This document shows positions 1-8,601 of a DNA stretch of 64,000 nt, in pieces. How positions within the stretch are numbered: the first letter of the stretch is position 1; each line of letters begins with the position of its first letter. A model generated the notes under the pieces. That model did no database searches. It saw only the letters and a list, made by a program, of their open reading frames with translations, and was not told the origin of the DNA. Both the position numbers and the translations under genes were made by a program. The stretch covers positions 62,001 to 126,000 of IMG/VR virus record IMGVR_UViG_3300030329_004647. The stretch is one strand, 5' to 3'.

Positions 1-216
1 CAGATAACATTCGGGGATAAGAGAGTAAAAACAAAATATAGAAAAGAAGAAACTTACTTAGTAAAGAAACTTAAACAAGAGATGTGTGACTTAAGAATGT
101 ACAAGGACGGTATTACATTACTAAAGAAATATAAAAACGTAGGAGAAATGTTAGGGGTCGTAGTAAAGGTAAAGATATTCTCAAATGACGGGGTATTAAA
201 AGTAATAACTAAATAA
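1..216 (+). CDS. 5'-truncated hypothetical protein (QITFGDKRVK...VLKVITK*)
   Basis: Frame 1 is open from base 1 to TAA at 214-216 (hand translation); not in the ORF track. Confidence 0.5.
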   Translation, partial: QITFGDKRVKTKYRKEETYLVKKLKQEMCDLRMYKDGITLLKKYKNVGEMLGVVVKVKIFSNDGVLKVITK

Positions 217-345
217 TAGTCACTCTATAGAAGAATATAATAAAAGGGAATAAGAACAACTCAATAATGAGTATATATAATATTCCCTTTTTTAATGCCT
301 ATAAGAATAAGGTATTAGTAATTCTTCAACTAACAGACTATATGA

Positions 346-555
346 TTAATTACTTTCTTCTTTATTGTCATTCTCCATATCTTCTAATGTACGACCATCC
401 CTTTCAGGAATCCATATACTTTCATCCTTCCATACAGAACCATAGTGTTCTTTTATCCATTTGTTATAGTAGTATTCATCATCCATATAATCATCATTGG
501 AATCATACGTATATCCAGTATCGTTTGATAGAAGAAATTGTTTAGTTTTACTCAT
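346..555 (-). CDS. hypothetical protein, acidic
   Basis: ORF track. Preceded by both a TATTTATA motif (577-584, minus) and a Bacteroidota-type promoter (593-624, minus). Confidence 0.65.
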   Translation of the reverse strand: MSKTKQFLLSNDTGYTYDSNDDYMDDEYYYNKWIKEHYGSVWKDESIWIPERDGRTLEDMENDNKEESN

Positions 556-592
556 AGTGTATATGTATATTTCGTTTATAAATAGTTGTATA

Positions 593-624
593 CAAAGATA
601 CGAAAATAGTCCTAAACAACCAAA
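593..624 (-). promoter_or_regulatory. Bacteroidota sigma-A-type promoter
   Basis: Minus strand TTTG (624-621), N20, TATCTTTG (600-593). Confidence 0.75.
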
Positions 625-971
625 GAAAATAAGTTTAAAAACATTAGTCTTTTGGTTGAAGGTAAGTACCCCGCTCCTTGCAATATAAAGAGGTTTTTAG
701 AGAGTTTCTAGATATTTATATATAGTTACTTAACTAACCCATAACCTATTCCATAACCCCCTTATTTTATCGTATTCCACATATTACCACTTTCTACCAC
801 CATTTACCACTATAATTCCCTATAGTGATATTGTTAGAGGGAATTTCACACAATATGACACTATGTATATAGGAGGTAAAAACCGTCAAAGGGTCTGTGT
901 CGTCCGCGAAGTGTGACTGACATTCTGACAAAGTCAAGTATTTCGACCACTATTTACTAACAAAATTCCCC

Positions 972-986
972 CTGACAATGTGTCAG
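972..986. repeat. perfect inverted repeat CTGACA-atg-TGTCAG, candidate operator
   Basis: Read directly. Related TGACA half-sites at 856-868 and 918-936. Confidence 0.5.
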
Positions 987-1150
987 AAGGGTTTTATAAA
1001 GGGAAAATATATGGTACCATAACGGGTAGTTACTAACAACGACAAATAGTCATGTGTTTTATTTGGCCATGTCAAAAAAAAGTTGTACCTTTAGGTTGTG
1101 GGAGGGTGGGTAGTATACTATTAAAAAGGAGTTTAGGGACAAAAAAAATA

Positions 1151-1540
1151 TCACCATCTGTGATATCTTTTCTTCGGTGGGTATACATCTGTACAACTAG
1201 AGTCCTTACCGAACTTAATCGTCTTAAGTTTTACACTAGTAGGGAATCCCCATAGACGGGTCCAAGAACTTACTAAGTTACCCACACCATTATATTCTCT
1301 ACGTAGGAAAGTTCTAATATCTTTAATCCCATAAGTGTGACATCCTCTCCATCCCCCATTAACACATTGTACTTCAGCATGTACAGTGATATCCACTTCT
1401 GTGTAAGGTCTACCCCATCTTGGGTTTACTTGTCTCGCTCTAGTTACTCTTACGTTAAGGTTTCTAATATACCCTCCGTCGTTCCCCCTCAGCAGGGAGG
1501 TCTGTAGTTTCTTATTTAATTGTCTCTTGGTCATATTCAT
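1151..1540 (-). CDS. hypothetical protein
   Basis: 129-aa ORF; ATG lies 4 nt after a TATCTTTA -7 box. Confidence 0.75.
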   Translation of the reverse strand: MNMTKRQLNKKLQTSLLRGNDGGYIRNLNVRVTRARQVNPRWGRPYTEVDITVHAEVQCVNGGWRGCHTYGIKDIRTFLRREYNGVGNLVSSWTRLWGFPTSVKLKTIKFGKDSSCTDVYPPKKRYHRW

Positions 1541-1544
1541 ACTG

Positions 1545-1576
1545 TAAAGATACGAATTTAATTCCGTACTACCAAA
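1545..1576 (-). promoter_or_regulatory. Bacteroidota sigma-A-type promoter (likely leaderless)
   Basis: TTTG (1576-1573), N20, TATCTTTA (1552-1545), CAGT, ATG. Confidence 0.65.
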
Positions 1577-1641
1577 ATAATATGGGGTTTTTTTAAAATA
1601 AAAAGCAGGGTGTCCCCTTATGGTCCGTCCACATCTTAATA

Positions 1642-1673
1642 CAAAGATACAAAAAATATTTTAACTATACAAA
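1642..1673 (-). promoter_or_regulatory. Bacteroidota sigma-A-type promoter with no large ORF directly downstream
   Basis: TTTG (1673-1670), N20, TATCTTTG (1649-1642). Confidence 0.7.
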
Positions 1674-1737
1674 TTTTTAGGGTAGTATTTAAATTGGGAC
1701 TGACGGGTAATAACATTAACACTAAGAATAATAATAT

Positions 1738-1877
1738 ACCCCCTGCTTCCCCTATATATAATCTCCAAATGGCTCCCCCCTTATATATCCCCTATGCTGC
1801 CCCCTTATTTAGGGGGCCCCTCCCCCCGCTCCGTATCCCCTCTTACATATAGGTTTTGGGCGGGTGTTTAGGGGGGT
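1738..1877. repeat. C-run/G-run-rich non-coding tract with CCCC(C)T(T)AT repeats
   Basis: Repeat units at 1749, 1775, 1789, 1800 (also 757 and 1614); much more GC-rich than its surroundings. Confidence 0.7.
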
Positions 1878-2025
1878 CAATGCTCTCTGTGAAATATGAC
1901 CCTATATTTTAATTTAATGCTTATACCCTTAAAAAAATTTTTATAGAATTTTTTAGAAAAAATGGACTTCTTATTATAGATTAGTTATTATTACTTTATA
2001 ATAAAAATCTTAATACAATATAGAA

Positions 2026-2244
2026 ATGGAAATAGTATTTAATGGTGGTCGTGAAGTTTACTGGAAAAGAATTAATCATTACGACGTTACAATTGACGGC
2101 AAGAACTACAGACTAGAAGAAGAGGAAGATTCTAATGGTGGTGACTTTAACTTATATGAAGATAATAAGTTAGTAGACATGCCTGATGAATGGATTGACG
2201 TTATCGCGGAAGAAATGCAAGAACAAGGAGCAGACTTCCTATAG
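2026..2244 (+). CDS. hypothetical protein
   Basis: ORF track, A-rich upstream context. Confidence 0.7.
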   Translation: MEIVFNGGREVYWKRINHYDVTIDGKNYRLEEEEDSNGGDFNLYEDNKLVDMPDEWIDVIAEEMQEQGADFL

Positions 2245-2266
2245 GGAGTTATATGTGTAGTTGGGT

Positions 2267-2310
2267 GAAATCCTCATTATGTTTTATACGTAGTGAGGAT
2301 TTTTTTATTT
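2267..2310 (+). terminator. probable intrinsic terminator
   Basis: AAATCCTCA...TGAGGATTT stem followed by a T-run, after 2026..2244. Confidence 0.55.
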
Positions 2311-2332
2311 TAAACAAATCTATTTATACTAT

Positions 2333-2740
2333 ATGAGACCCGATGTAGAAAAAGCAATACAAAAATACCTTAACTCTCCCGATGGAGACATTAAGAGAAT
2401 TTACCCTGTAATTGATAGAATTGATTTTAATCATAGGAAACATCAACCAGACATTGATGTTTATGATGGTAAGATAGCTTATCATGACGGTAATTATGTT
2501 ACTATGGATTTATATCTTAATACCCCTCCAATGGAAGAACCTCCTAGTATTGATGATTTATGGTCTCTTTATAATCTTGATGAACATTACCTAATGGATT
2601 ACCACATGCCTAGAATATATAGATTGTTTGGTCTTGATAACTTTTCTTATATGACAAACGTATATATACCCAATACTGAAGGAGGTTATCACAATATGAG
2701 AGAGATTAATAATAGAGGCAACATTGTAACAGAGAAGTAG
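2333..2740 (+). CDS. hypothetical protein
   Basis: ORF track; TATTTATA at 2321-2328. Confidence 0.75.
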   Translation: MRPDVEKAIQKYLNSPDGDIKRIYPVIDRIDFNHRKHQPDIDVYDGKIAYHDGNYVTMDLYLNTPPMEEPPSIDDLWSLYNLDEHYLMDYHMPRIYRLFGLDNFSYMTNVYIPNTEGGYHNMREINNRGNIVTEK

Positions 2741-2765
2741 ATATTTATAACTAAAAATTAATATT

Positions 2766-3056
2766 ATGAAAAAAATTAAACTAACAGAAGCAGATTTAGT
2801 TACTCTTGTAGAAAGAGTGATTAAAGAAGATGGACATACAGATATTCCATCTGCTATTAGAAAATGTAAACTAATAATGGATGATGCTGGAGATATCATG
2901 GAAAAGTTAATAGAACTAAGTGAAACTGGAGGAAGTCTTCCTTCTTGGTGGATGGATAAAGTAACTTTGGCAGCGGACTACCTCAACAAAGCTGATGACT
3001 ATATCAACACTACTAGTCATGTACACGAACAAACCAAAAAGAAAAATGTTAAGTAA
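2766..3056 (+). CDS. hypothetical virion-associated protein with class B leader (MKKIKLTEADLVTLVERVIKE)
   Basis: Leader motif; C-terminal LPSWWMDKVTLAADYL motif resembles a conserved T4-like phage small domain; TATTTATA at 2742-2749. Confidence 0.75.
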   Translation: MKKIKLTEADLVTLVERVIKEDGHTDIPSAIRKCKLIMDDAGDIMEKLIELSETGGSLPSWWMDKVTLAADYLNKADDYINTTSHVHEQTKKKNVK

Positions 3057-3138
3057 CATGACGGAAAAGTCTTGGGGCATACTTGTTATGAGTATTTTAT
3101 CTATAGCACTTATGGTCTATACTTGTATAACGTTGTAA
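3046..3138 (+). CDS. small membrane peptide (30 aa)
   Basis: Hand translation MLSNMTEKSWGILVMSILSIALMVYTCITL; fills the gap between neighbouring ORFs. Confidence 0.4.
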   Translation: MLSNMTEKSWGILVMSILSIALMVYTCITL

Positions 3139-3147
3139 ATAGAGTAT

Positions 3148-3444
3148 ATGAATCAACCTACATACCAAATTTTATTTTATTTATTAGTGTTTTTCCACCA
3201 CGTTTTTATAATACTAACAATATTAACACCGTTCTATGTTACTTTTAACGAACCTTTCTGGATATGGGTTCCTATTAACATATGGATTACACATCTAATG
3301 TTTTCCCCAGTTTTGGTTTGTCCTGCTACTATATGGGAAAACAGATTACGTAGAAGGTTAAACAAACCAGAAATTAAAACCTTTTTTCTTCACTATTATA
3401 TTAAACCCATAAAAAAACTATTAATTGAATGGGTGGTAAAATAG
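3148..3444 (+). CDS. DUF2784-like membrane protein
   Basis: HHVFIIL hydrophobic N-terminus and CPATIWENRLR motif. Confidence 0.65.
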   Translation: MNQPTYQILFYLLVFFHHVFIILTILTPFYVTFNEPFWIWVPINIWITHLMFSPVLVCPATIWENRLRRRLNKPEIKTFFLHYYIKPIKKLLIEWVVK

Positions 3445-3698
3445 CCATGATTATTATATTATTTGGTTCTTTTATTCTAATGTTTAAATTTATCTTCTGG
3501 ATTGTGGATATGTTTGATGGTGACTGAGAAACGCGACCCTATTCTGACAATTAGTCTAAAACCCTAAAAAAGAATTTTCAGAAAAATTTAGGAAAATACG
3601 CTATTTTTTATGAGTCCGGAACCGGAATCGACTTCGTCGTGACCCCCGACCCCCCTTTTTTTGGTTGATTATCTATAGTTGATTGATATTTATTTTAT

Positions 3699-5297
3699 AT
3701 GATTAATGAAGAGTTAAATAGAGTACGCTTTCTAATGGGTTATAATAAATCTAGACCCTTATTAGAACAAGAACGTTCTAACGTACAGGGTACCACTAAA
3801 CAAAACGCTGGTGCTTATGTGGGTGTTGCTTTTGAAGACTTAGCACAAATCATGAAAGACCGTGATGATAAGTTAATGTCTGGGGATGTATATACTGATT
3901 TACCACCAGAAGTGGATAACACAATTCCACCTGTTGTTCATGACGATAGTGACATAAGACCAACAAAAGACCTAGAGGATATAGATACCCATACACCTAT
4001 TGATGATATAATAACATATCCATTTGCTTCAGATTGTAATGACCTAAGTGCAATGCAGTTAGCAAAATGTTGTCATGGATTAGAATATGGTTTTTATAAT
4101 GATGACGGAATGGAGGAGTTTTGTTCTGATTATAGTCAATGTTGTGATAGAGTTCCCACAGATACTGATGATGACATAACATTAACTACAGATACACCTC
4201 CAGAACCTACACCTGAAGAACCAGATGATTTAGATGACGCTTTTCCACCACCACCAGTAACAGCAGAACAAATAGAATGCACAGATATGATGGGTGATTT
4301 AGATGGTGACGGACAAATAACACCATGGGATGTCTTTACCTATGTTAGTGTTGCATTAGGAAATATTAGTTTAGAAGATTCAGTTATACCATGTCCTACT
4401 AATATACCATGTGATTTTAGTGGTGAAGGGGATGTTATAGATAACATGATGGTACTATATGCTTACCAAAAAGGATTTCTTGACGAATTACCCCCATGTG
4501 GTGGTACAGATATAATTACCTGGGGATGTGGTACTCCTGGTGACCTAAATGGTGATGGTGAAGTTAATGCACAGGAAGCGTATATATTAAATGATATAGC
4601 TTCAGGTATTATATCACCATCAGAAATTCCATGTCCTACAAATCTTTGTGATTTTAGTGGAGTTGGGGATATGGAAGCAAATGCACAGATAGTACTAGAT
4701 TACGTTGCTGGTAATATTACAGAATTACCTCCTTGTGGTGGTTCAGTAATAGATGATGATACTGAAAATATTATACATTGGTGGACAACCCCTATTCTGG
4801 AAGATGTAGTTTTTGGTTGTATGGAAGGAGCTAATAACTCCAACCCTAATGAATTTTGGTCAGTTGTAGGTGAACCAACACCAGGACAATGGGTTACTAT
4901 TTTAGCTGACGACTTAGTTGGTACACCAGGATTTGACGATGAATCTGTATGTGTACAATACCAAGGAAGTGGAGATGTATCCGAGATGGAGAATAATGAA
5001 GAAATTATTAATGTTATCTGTTCTTCATCCGAATTTTCATTTGAAGGTCCGTTTAATTCATCACCATGTGAAGAAGAGGTACTATCTGGTCTTGAAAACC
5101 TGGTTAAGAAAGGTTCATACGAAAAACCATTAAAAAAGGACCCGTGTTGTAAAAAATGTAAAAATGGTAAATTTAGTGATAGTTGTTGTGATGATGAAGT
5201 TGGTGAACAAAGATGTGTTTATGACACTATAAGTGATTGTCAACTAAGAAAAAGACAAAATAAAGGTAAATGCAAAGGTTCGTCTAGAAAAAGATAG
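3699..5297 (+). CDS. Cys-rich acidic protein with two dockerin-like repeats and class A leader
   Basis: GDLDGDGQITPWD and GDLNGDGEVNAQE Ca-binding loops in a duplicated unit of about 72-76 aa; leader INEELNRVRFLMG...LLEQ. Confidence 0.8.
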   Translation: MINEELNRVRFLMGYNKSRPLLEQERSNVQGTTKQNAGAYVGVAFEDLAQIMKDRDDKLMSGDVYTDLPPEVDNTIPPVVHDDSDIRPTKDLEDIDTHTPIDDIITYPFASDCNDLSAMQLAKCCHGLEYGFYNDDGMEEFCSDYSQCCDRVPTDTDDDITLTTDTPPEPTPEEPDDLDDAFPPPPVTAEQIECTDMMGDLDGDGQITPWDVFTYVSVALGNISLEDSVIPCPTNIPCDFSGEGDVIDNMMVLYAYQKGFLDELPPCGGTDIITWGCGTPGDLNGDGEVNAQEAYILNDIASGIISPSEIPCPTNLCDFSGVGDMEANAQIVLDYVAGNITELPPCGGSVIDDDTENIIHWWTTPILEDVVFGCMEGANNSNPNEFWSVVGEPTPGQWVTILADDLVGTPGFDDESVCVQYQGSGDVSEMENNEEIINVICSSSEFSFEGPFNSSPCEEEVLSGLENLVKKGSYEKPLKKDPCCKKCKNGKFSDSCCDDEVGEQRCVYDTISDCQLRKRQNKGKCKGSSRKR

Positions 5298-5318
5298 TAA
5301 AAAATATATTTATATAAT

Positions 5319-5654
5319 ATGAGAAAACGATTACAAATATCTGAATCTGAAAAAACTAGAATACGAAAGCTTCACGAAGGAAAATTTGCTTTAGGGAGTA
5401 TGATATTCCAAGACGACCCCAAACCAGATAAAAAAGATTTTAAGGTTTATCCTGACCCAAACCTAGTACACGATTTATCAGATAAAGAAAGAAAAGAATT
5501 AGAAAAAAAATATAAAGAGTTTGACAAGTTTGTTTCACAAGCTAGAAAAAACTTTAGACCAGGTCATGACAAAGATTTTGAAACAGAATACCCTGTGGAT
5601 ACTAATGTGCCTGACCCATTTGTTGCAGACCGTGAATATAAAGATATAACTTAA
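5319..5654 (+). CDS. hypothetical protein with class A leader (ISESEKTRIRKLHE)
   Basis: Leader motif; TATTTATA at 5307-5314. Confidence 0.75.
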   Translation: MRKRLQISESEKTRIRKLHEGKFALGSMIFQDDPKPDKKDFKVYPDPNLVHDLSDKERKELEKKYKEFDKFVSQARKNFRPGHDKDFETEYPVDTNVPDPFVADREYKDIT

Positions 5655-5664
5655 TAAAAATATT

Positions 5665-5835
5665 ATGACTAGATTACAAAAACTTAAAAGAGAACACATA
5701 AAAAACGTAAATAAACTTCTAGACGAAGGACATAAAAAAGAAAATATCACTAAAAAAGAAGTAAAATTAAATCCAAGTGATAATGTTTCTGCCGCTTCAA
5801 AAGAATTTATTGATAAAATGAAAGGGTTATTTTAG
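5665..5835 (+). CDS. small hypothetical protein (56 aa)
   Basis: Hand translation MTRLQKLKREHIKNVNKLLDEG...KGLF; fills an intergenic gap. Confidence 0.55.
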   Translation: MTRLQKLKREHIKNVNKLLDEGHKKENITKKEVKLNPSDNVSAASKEFIDKMKGLF

Positions 5836-5870
5836 TACTTAACTTATATTTATAATAAAACATTAAAATT

Positions 5871-6320
5871 ATGATACTATCAGAACAAGAAAAAAATCGA
5901 ATTAGAGGCTTACATAGAGCTGGTTCAGTAATTAAAGAATCTCCGATGATGTACAAAGGACCTGGTTATACTGGAAAACAAAAAGAAGAAGGTTATAAAG
6001 AAGACGTAATAGGTGTGTATTCAGATTTTGACGACCAAAAAATGAAAACTAATATTCATGATGATATGGATGAGGGAATGCATGAAATGGAAGAAGGAAT
6101 GCATGAAATGGAAGAAGGAATGCATGAAGACATGCACGAAGACAGTGAAGGTGAAGAAACTTACAACTATGGAGAGGATGAAGGTGAAGATAGAAAAAGA
6201 GAAATGTCTATGGAAGACCGTATAGACGCTATCAAAGACCACTTAGACCATCTTAAAAAAGACATGGGTTATGATGAAGACCATGAAGATAGAGATGAGA
6301 AAGGTACTGATTTCGAATAA
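5871..6320 (+). CDS. acidic low-complexity protein with class A leader (ILSEQEKNRIRGLH...IKES)
   Basis: Leader; EGMHEME repeats; TATTTATA at 5847-5854. Confidence 0.8.
   Translation: MILSEQEKNRIRGLHRAGSVIKESPMMYKGPGYTGKQKEEGYKEDVIGVYSDFDDQKMKTNIHDDMDEGMHEMEEGMHEMEEGMHEDMHEDSEGEETYNYGEDEGEDRKREMSMEDRIDAIKDHLDHLKKDMGYDEDHEDRDEKGTDFE
6070..6130 (+). repeat. 21-bp tandem repeat encoding EEGMHEM (about 3 copies)
   Basis: ggaatgcatgaaatggaagaa repeated in frame. Confidence 0.85.
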
Positions 6321-6350
6321 ATCTTAATATCACATATACACAAATAAAAT

Positions 6351-6376
6351 AAAGGCCCATTTGGTGGCCTTTTTTT
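6351..6376 (+). terminator. intrinsic terminator
   Basis: AAAGGCC-loop-GGCCTTT followed by a T-run. Confidence 0.75.
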
Positions 6377-6414
6377 ATGCTAATTTTTATATTTATTTAT
6401 AAAGAAATACTATC

Positions 6415-7359
6415 ATGAATAATAAGTTTATCTTAAGTGAGTCAGAAAAAGAAAGGATTAGAAGTTTACATAACTTTAATTATAGACACGACCTGCAGGA
6501 AAATTTAGAAAGTGAACCAGGTGTTGAGGTTAAAAAAACCAATGACGGTGAAATAAACCAAATAACAATGGTAGTCGATAAAGACGCACAAATACCAAAA
6601 GAAGATGGTGTTGATGTAGACATTGAAAATATTGATGGTGAAAACGTAGAGGTTACAATAAGTACGGACCCAGAGTACTGGACAGATAAAGGAACATTAA
6701 CAGGTAAGGTTACACAGAATAAAAAACCATTACCATACGTAAACCTACAACTTATGACACCAAGTGGTGTAGCTACCAAATATGGTGCTGTAACAAACAC
6801 TGAAGGAAAATACACCATAGCCCCAATAGAAAAATTAGGAACATATGATATAATAGCTAGTTTTATTGGAAAAACAACACAAGTTATTAATGATATACCA
6901 ATAAAAGGTGGTAGAGTAACATTTATAGACTTCGACTTCGATGACGCTGAGAATTTAATAGACGCTGTAGAAATTGTAGCTAAAAAAGAAGAACCTATAA
7001 ACATGCTTAACATACAACTCGACAACGACTATATTGACAGCATCTTAAATAAAATAAAAACAGACGAGATATCCCCAATAATGGGTTACGACCTTATAGA
7101 TTTAGAAATCAGACAATGGAACTCTTTTGATAGAAACGAAAAAAGAAAAAATAAAGAGATGTATGATGGAATCATAAAAAAACTACAGGAAAAACTGAAG
7201 AAAGAAGGTAAAGGGTCCCTTAAAAAATATGAAAGAAAAATGTTATATGATGCTTTAATGGACAGTTTAGAATATGAAGAGGGAGCTGAAAATTATACAA
7301 ATGATGATGGTAGTATTGATATTGAAAAATATGAAGACTGGATGAGTTACTTAGATTAA
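6415..7359 (+). CDS. protein with class A leader and a carboxypeptidase-regulatory-like (SusC N-terminal extension-like) domain
   Basis: GTLTGKVT...PLPYVNL...TNTEGKYTI...ASFIG...LIDAVEIVAK pattern typical of Bacteroidota TonB-dependent receptor N-termini. Confidence 0.75.
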   Translation: MNNKFILSESEKERIRSLHNFNYRHDLQENLESEPGVEVKKTNDGEINQITMVVDKDAQIPKEDGVDVDIENIDGENVEVTISTDPEYWTDKGTLTGKVTQNKKPLPYVNLQLMTPSGVATKYGAVTNTEGKYTIAPIEKLGTYDIIASFIGKTTQVINDIPIKGGRVTFIDFDFDDAENLIDAVEIVAKKEEPINMLNIQLDNDYIDSILNKIKTDEISPIMGYDLIDLEIRQWNSFDRNEKRKNKEMYDGIIKKLQEKLKKEGKGSLKKYERKMLYDALMDSLEYEEGAENYTNDDGSIDIEKYEDWMSYLD

Positions 7360-7360
7360 T

Positions 7361-8008
7361 ATGAAAATTATACTAACAGAAACGGAGCTAATTAATGTTA
7401 TAACAAAAGTTATGATTGAACAGGCAAATGAATCCCCAACTCACGGGATTCAAGAAGATAGTATGAATAAGTTAAAAAAACATATTAGTATCTATTTTTT
7501 ATATCTCAATAGCATGTCTGACCTGGAAGCATACTGGCAGTCAATACAAGACGAAGGAGCTTTAACAGTTTATCTATATGGTAGAGAAAATCCAATTAAA
7601 ACAGATTTACATAGTGGTTTAAAGATTGCAGGTTTGGACAACCCCTTAAATGATAGAGGTAACAGAATGGATGCAAACACAGTTATATACACCCTGTTAA
7701 CAAATTATTTCCATAATGGAGGTAAAAATTGGAAAAGAGGTGATAATATAGAGTTGGTTCCAGCTTATTCCCACTCAGTAGACGTTACATTTGAAGAAGA
7801 TGTTGTTGAGTACGGTACAGTATTTTTGGATATATACACACCAACAGTAGAAAAAGCTCAAGAACTGGCATTAGGTCCTGACAATTATAACTTTGAAGTA
7901 GACCGACAAACTGATGACCATGATTATACTGGAGACCGTAGAAATCAGGAAATAACAGACCTACAAACTAATAAACACGAGTTAACTCCACAAATGTTTG
8001 GTTTTTAA
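7361..8008 (+). CDS. hypothetical protein with class B leader (MKIILTETELINVITKVMIEQ)
   Basis: Leader; closely follows the upstream ORF. Confidence 0.75.
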   Translation: MKIILTETELINVITKVMIEQANESPTHGIQEDSMNKLKKHISIYFLYLNSMSDLEAYWQSIQDEGALTVYLYGRENPIKTDLHSGLKIAGLDNPLNDRGNRMDANTVIYTLLTNYFHNGGKNWKRGDNIELVPAYSHSVDVTFEEDVVEYGTVFLDIYTPTVEKAQELALGPDNYNFEVDRQTDDHDYTGDRRNQEITDLQTNKHELTPQMFGF

Positions 8009-8601
8009 TGAAAATTTTAGAATCTGAAAAATATAGAATTAAAAAACTTTACAATATTTTAGAACAGACTGAAAAGGGTAGGTACTACCAAATGTTAACA
8101 CCCGAAATACAAAAAGCTTTAAAAGATTTATATGACAGATATGGTATAGATATAAAAGACAGTCATCTACAAAAAGAATTTGAACAAGAAGGACAATACA
8201 GAGAAGATGCTGGAGGAGTAAATCCTTATGCTAAAGAAGCTGTAGACCAACTAGTTAAAGACGCTCAAGAAAAATTTCCCAACATCCCTGAAGTACAAAA
8301 GGGTATTTTGTCGGGTTATAGAAGTTATGATAGACAAGTAGATAATTTTGGTAAAAAAGCTAAAAAAAGAGGTATAGAAGATACCCAGAAATATAACACC
8401 ATACCTGGATTTTCTGAACATCACACAGGTAAAGCGTTTGATATTTTTAGTCTAACTGATAGTTTTTGGAACAACAATCCAGATGTTAAAGATTGGGTTG
8501 CTGAAAACGCTGGTATGTATGGGTTTAATGTAACTTATAGTGCAGAAGGAACTCTACGAATGGAAGAACCATGGCATTTATATTATTATGGAATGGATTA
8601 A
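8008..8601 (+). CDS. M15 family (VanY-like) D,D-carboxypeptidase / cell-wall peptidase with class A leader
   Basis: SGYRSYDRQ, PGFSEHHTGKAFD (SxHxxGxAxD) and EEPWH motifs. Confidence 0.85.
   Translation: MKILESEKYRIKKLYNILEQTEKGRYYQMLTPEIQKALKDLYDRYGIDIKDSHLQKEFEQEGQYREDAGGVNPYAKEAVDQLVKDAQEKFPNIPEVQKGILSGYRSYDRQVDNFGKKAKKRGIEDTQKYNTIPGFSEHHTGKAFDIFSLTDSFWNNNPDVKDWVAENAGMYGFNVTYSAEGTLRMEEPWHLYYYGMD

Noticed and set aside
267-688. Plus-strand ORFs 267..545 and 497..688
   Set aside because: They overlap the promoter-supported minus-strand ORF 346..555 and its promoters; atypical composition
1013-1078. Possible sigma-54 sites (TGGTAC at 1013, TGGCCA near 1063)
   Set aside because: No correctly spaced -12 TTG element
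1052-1255. ORF 1052..1255 (+)
   Set aside because: Overlaps the promoter-supported 1151..1540 (-) gene and starts in a motif-rich non-coding tract
6480-7025. Long antisense ORFs in the track (e.g. 6480..7025, 24181..25062, 25120..25542, 46582..47220, 52094..52603, 42913..43401)
   Set aside because: They lie opposite well-supported genes and are Ser/Phe/Ile-rich shadows of Glu/Lys/Asp codons; no promoters or motifs
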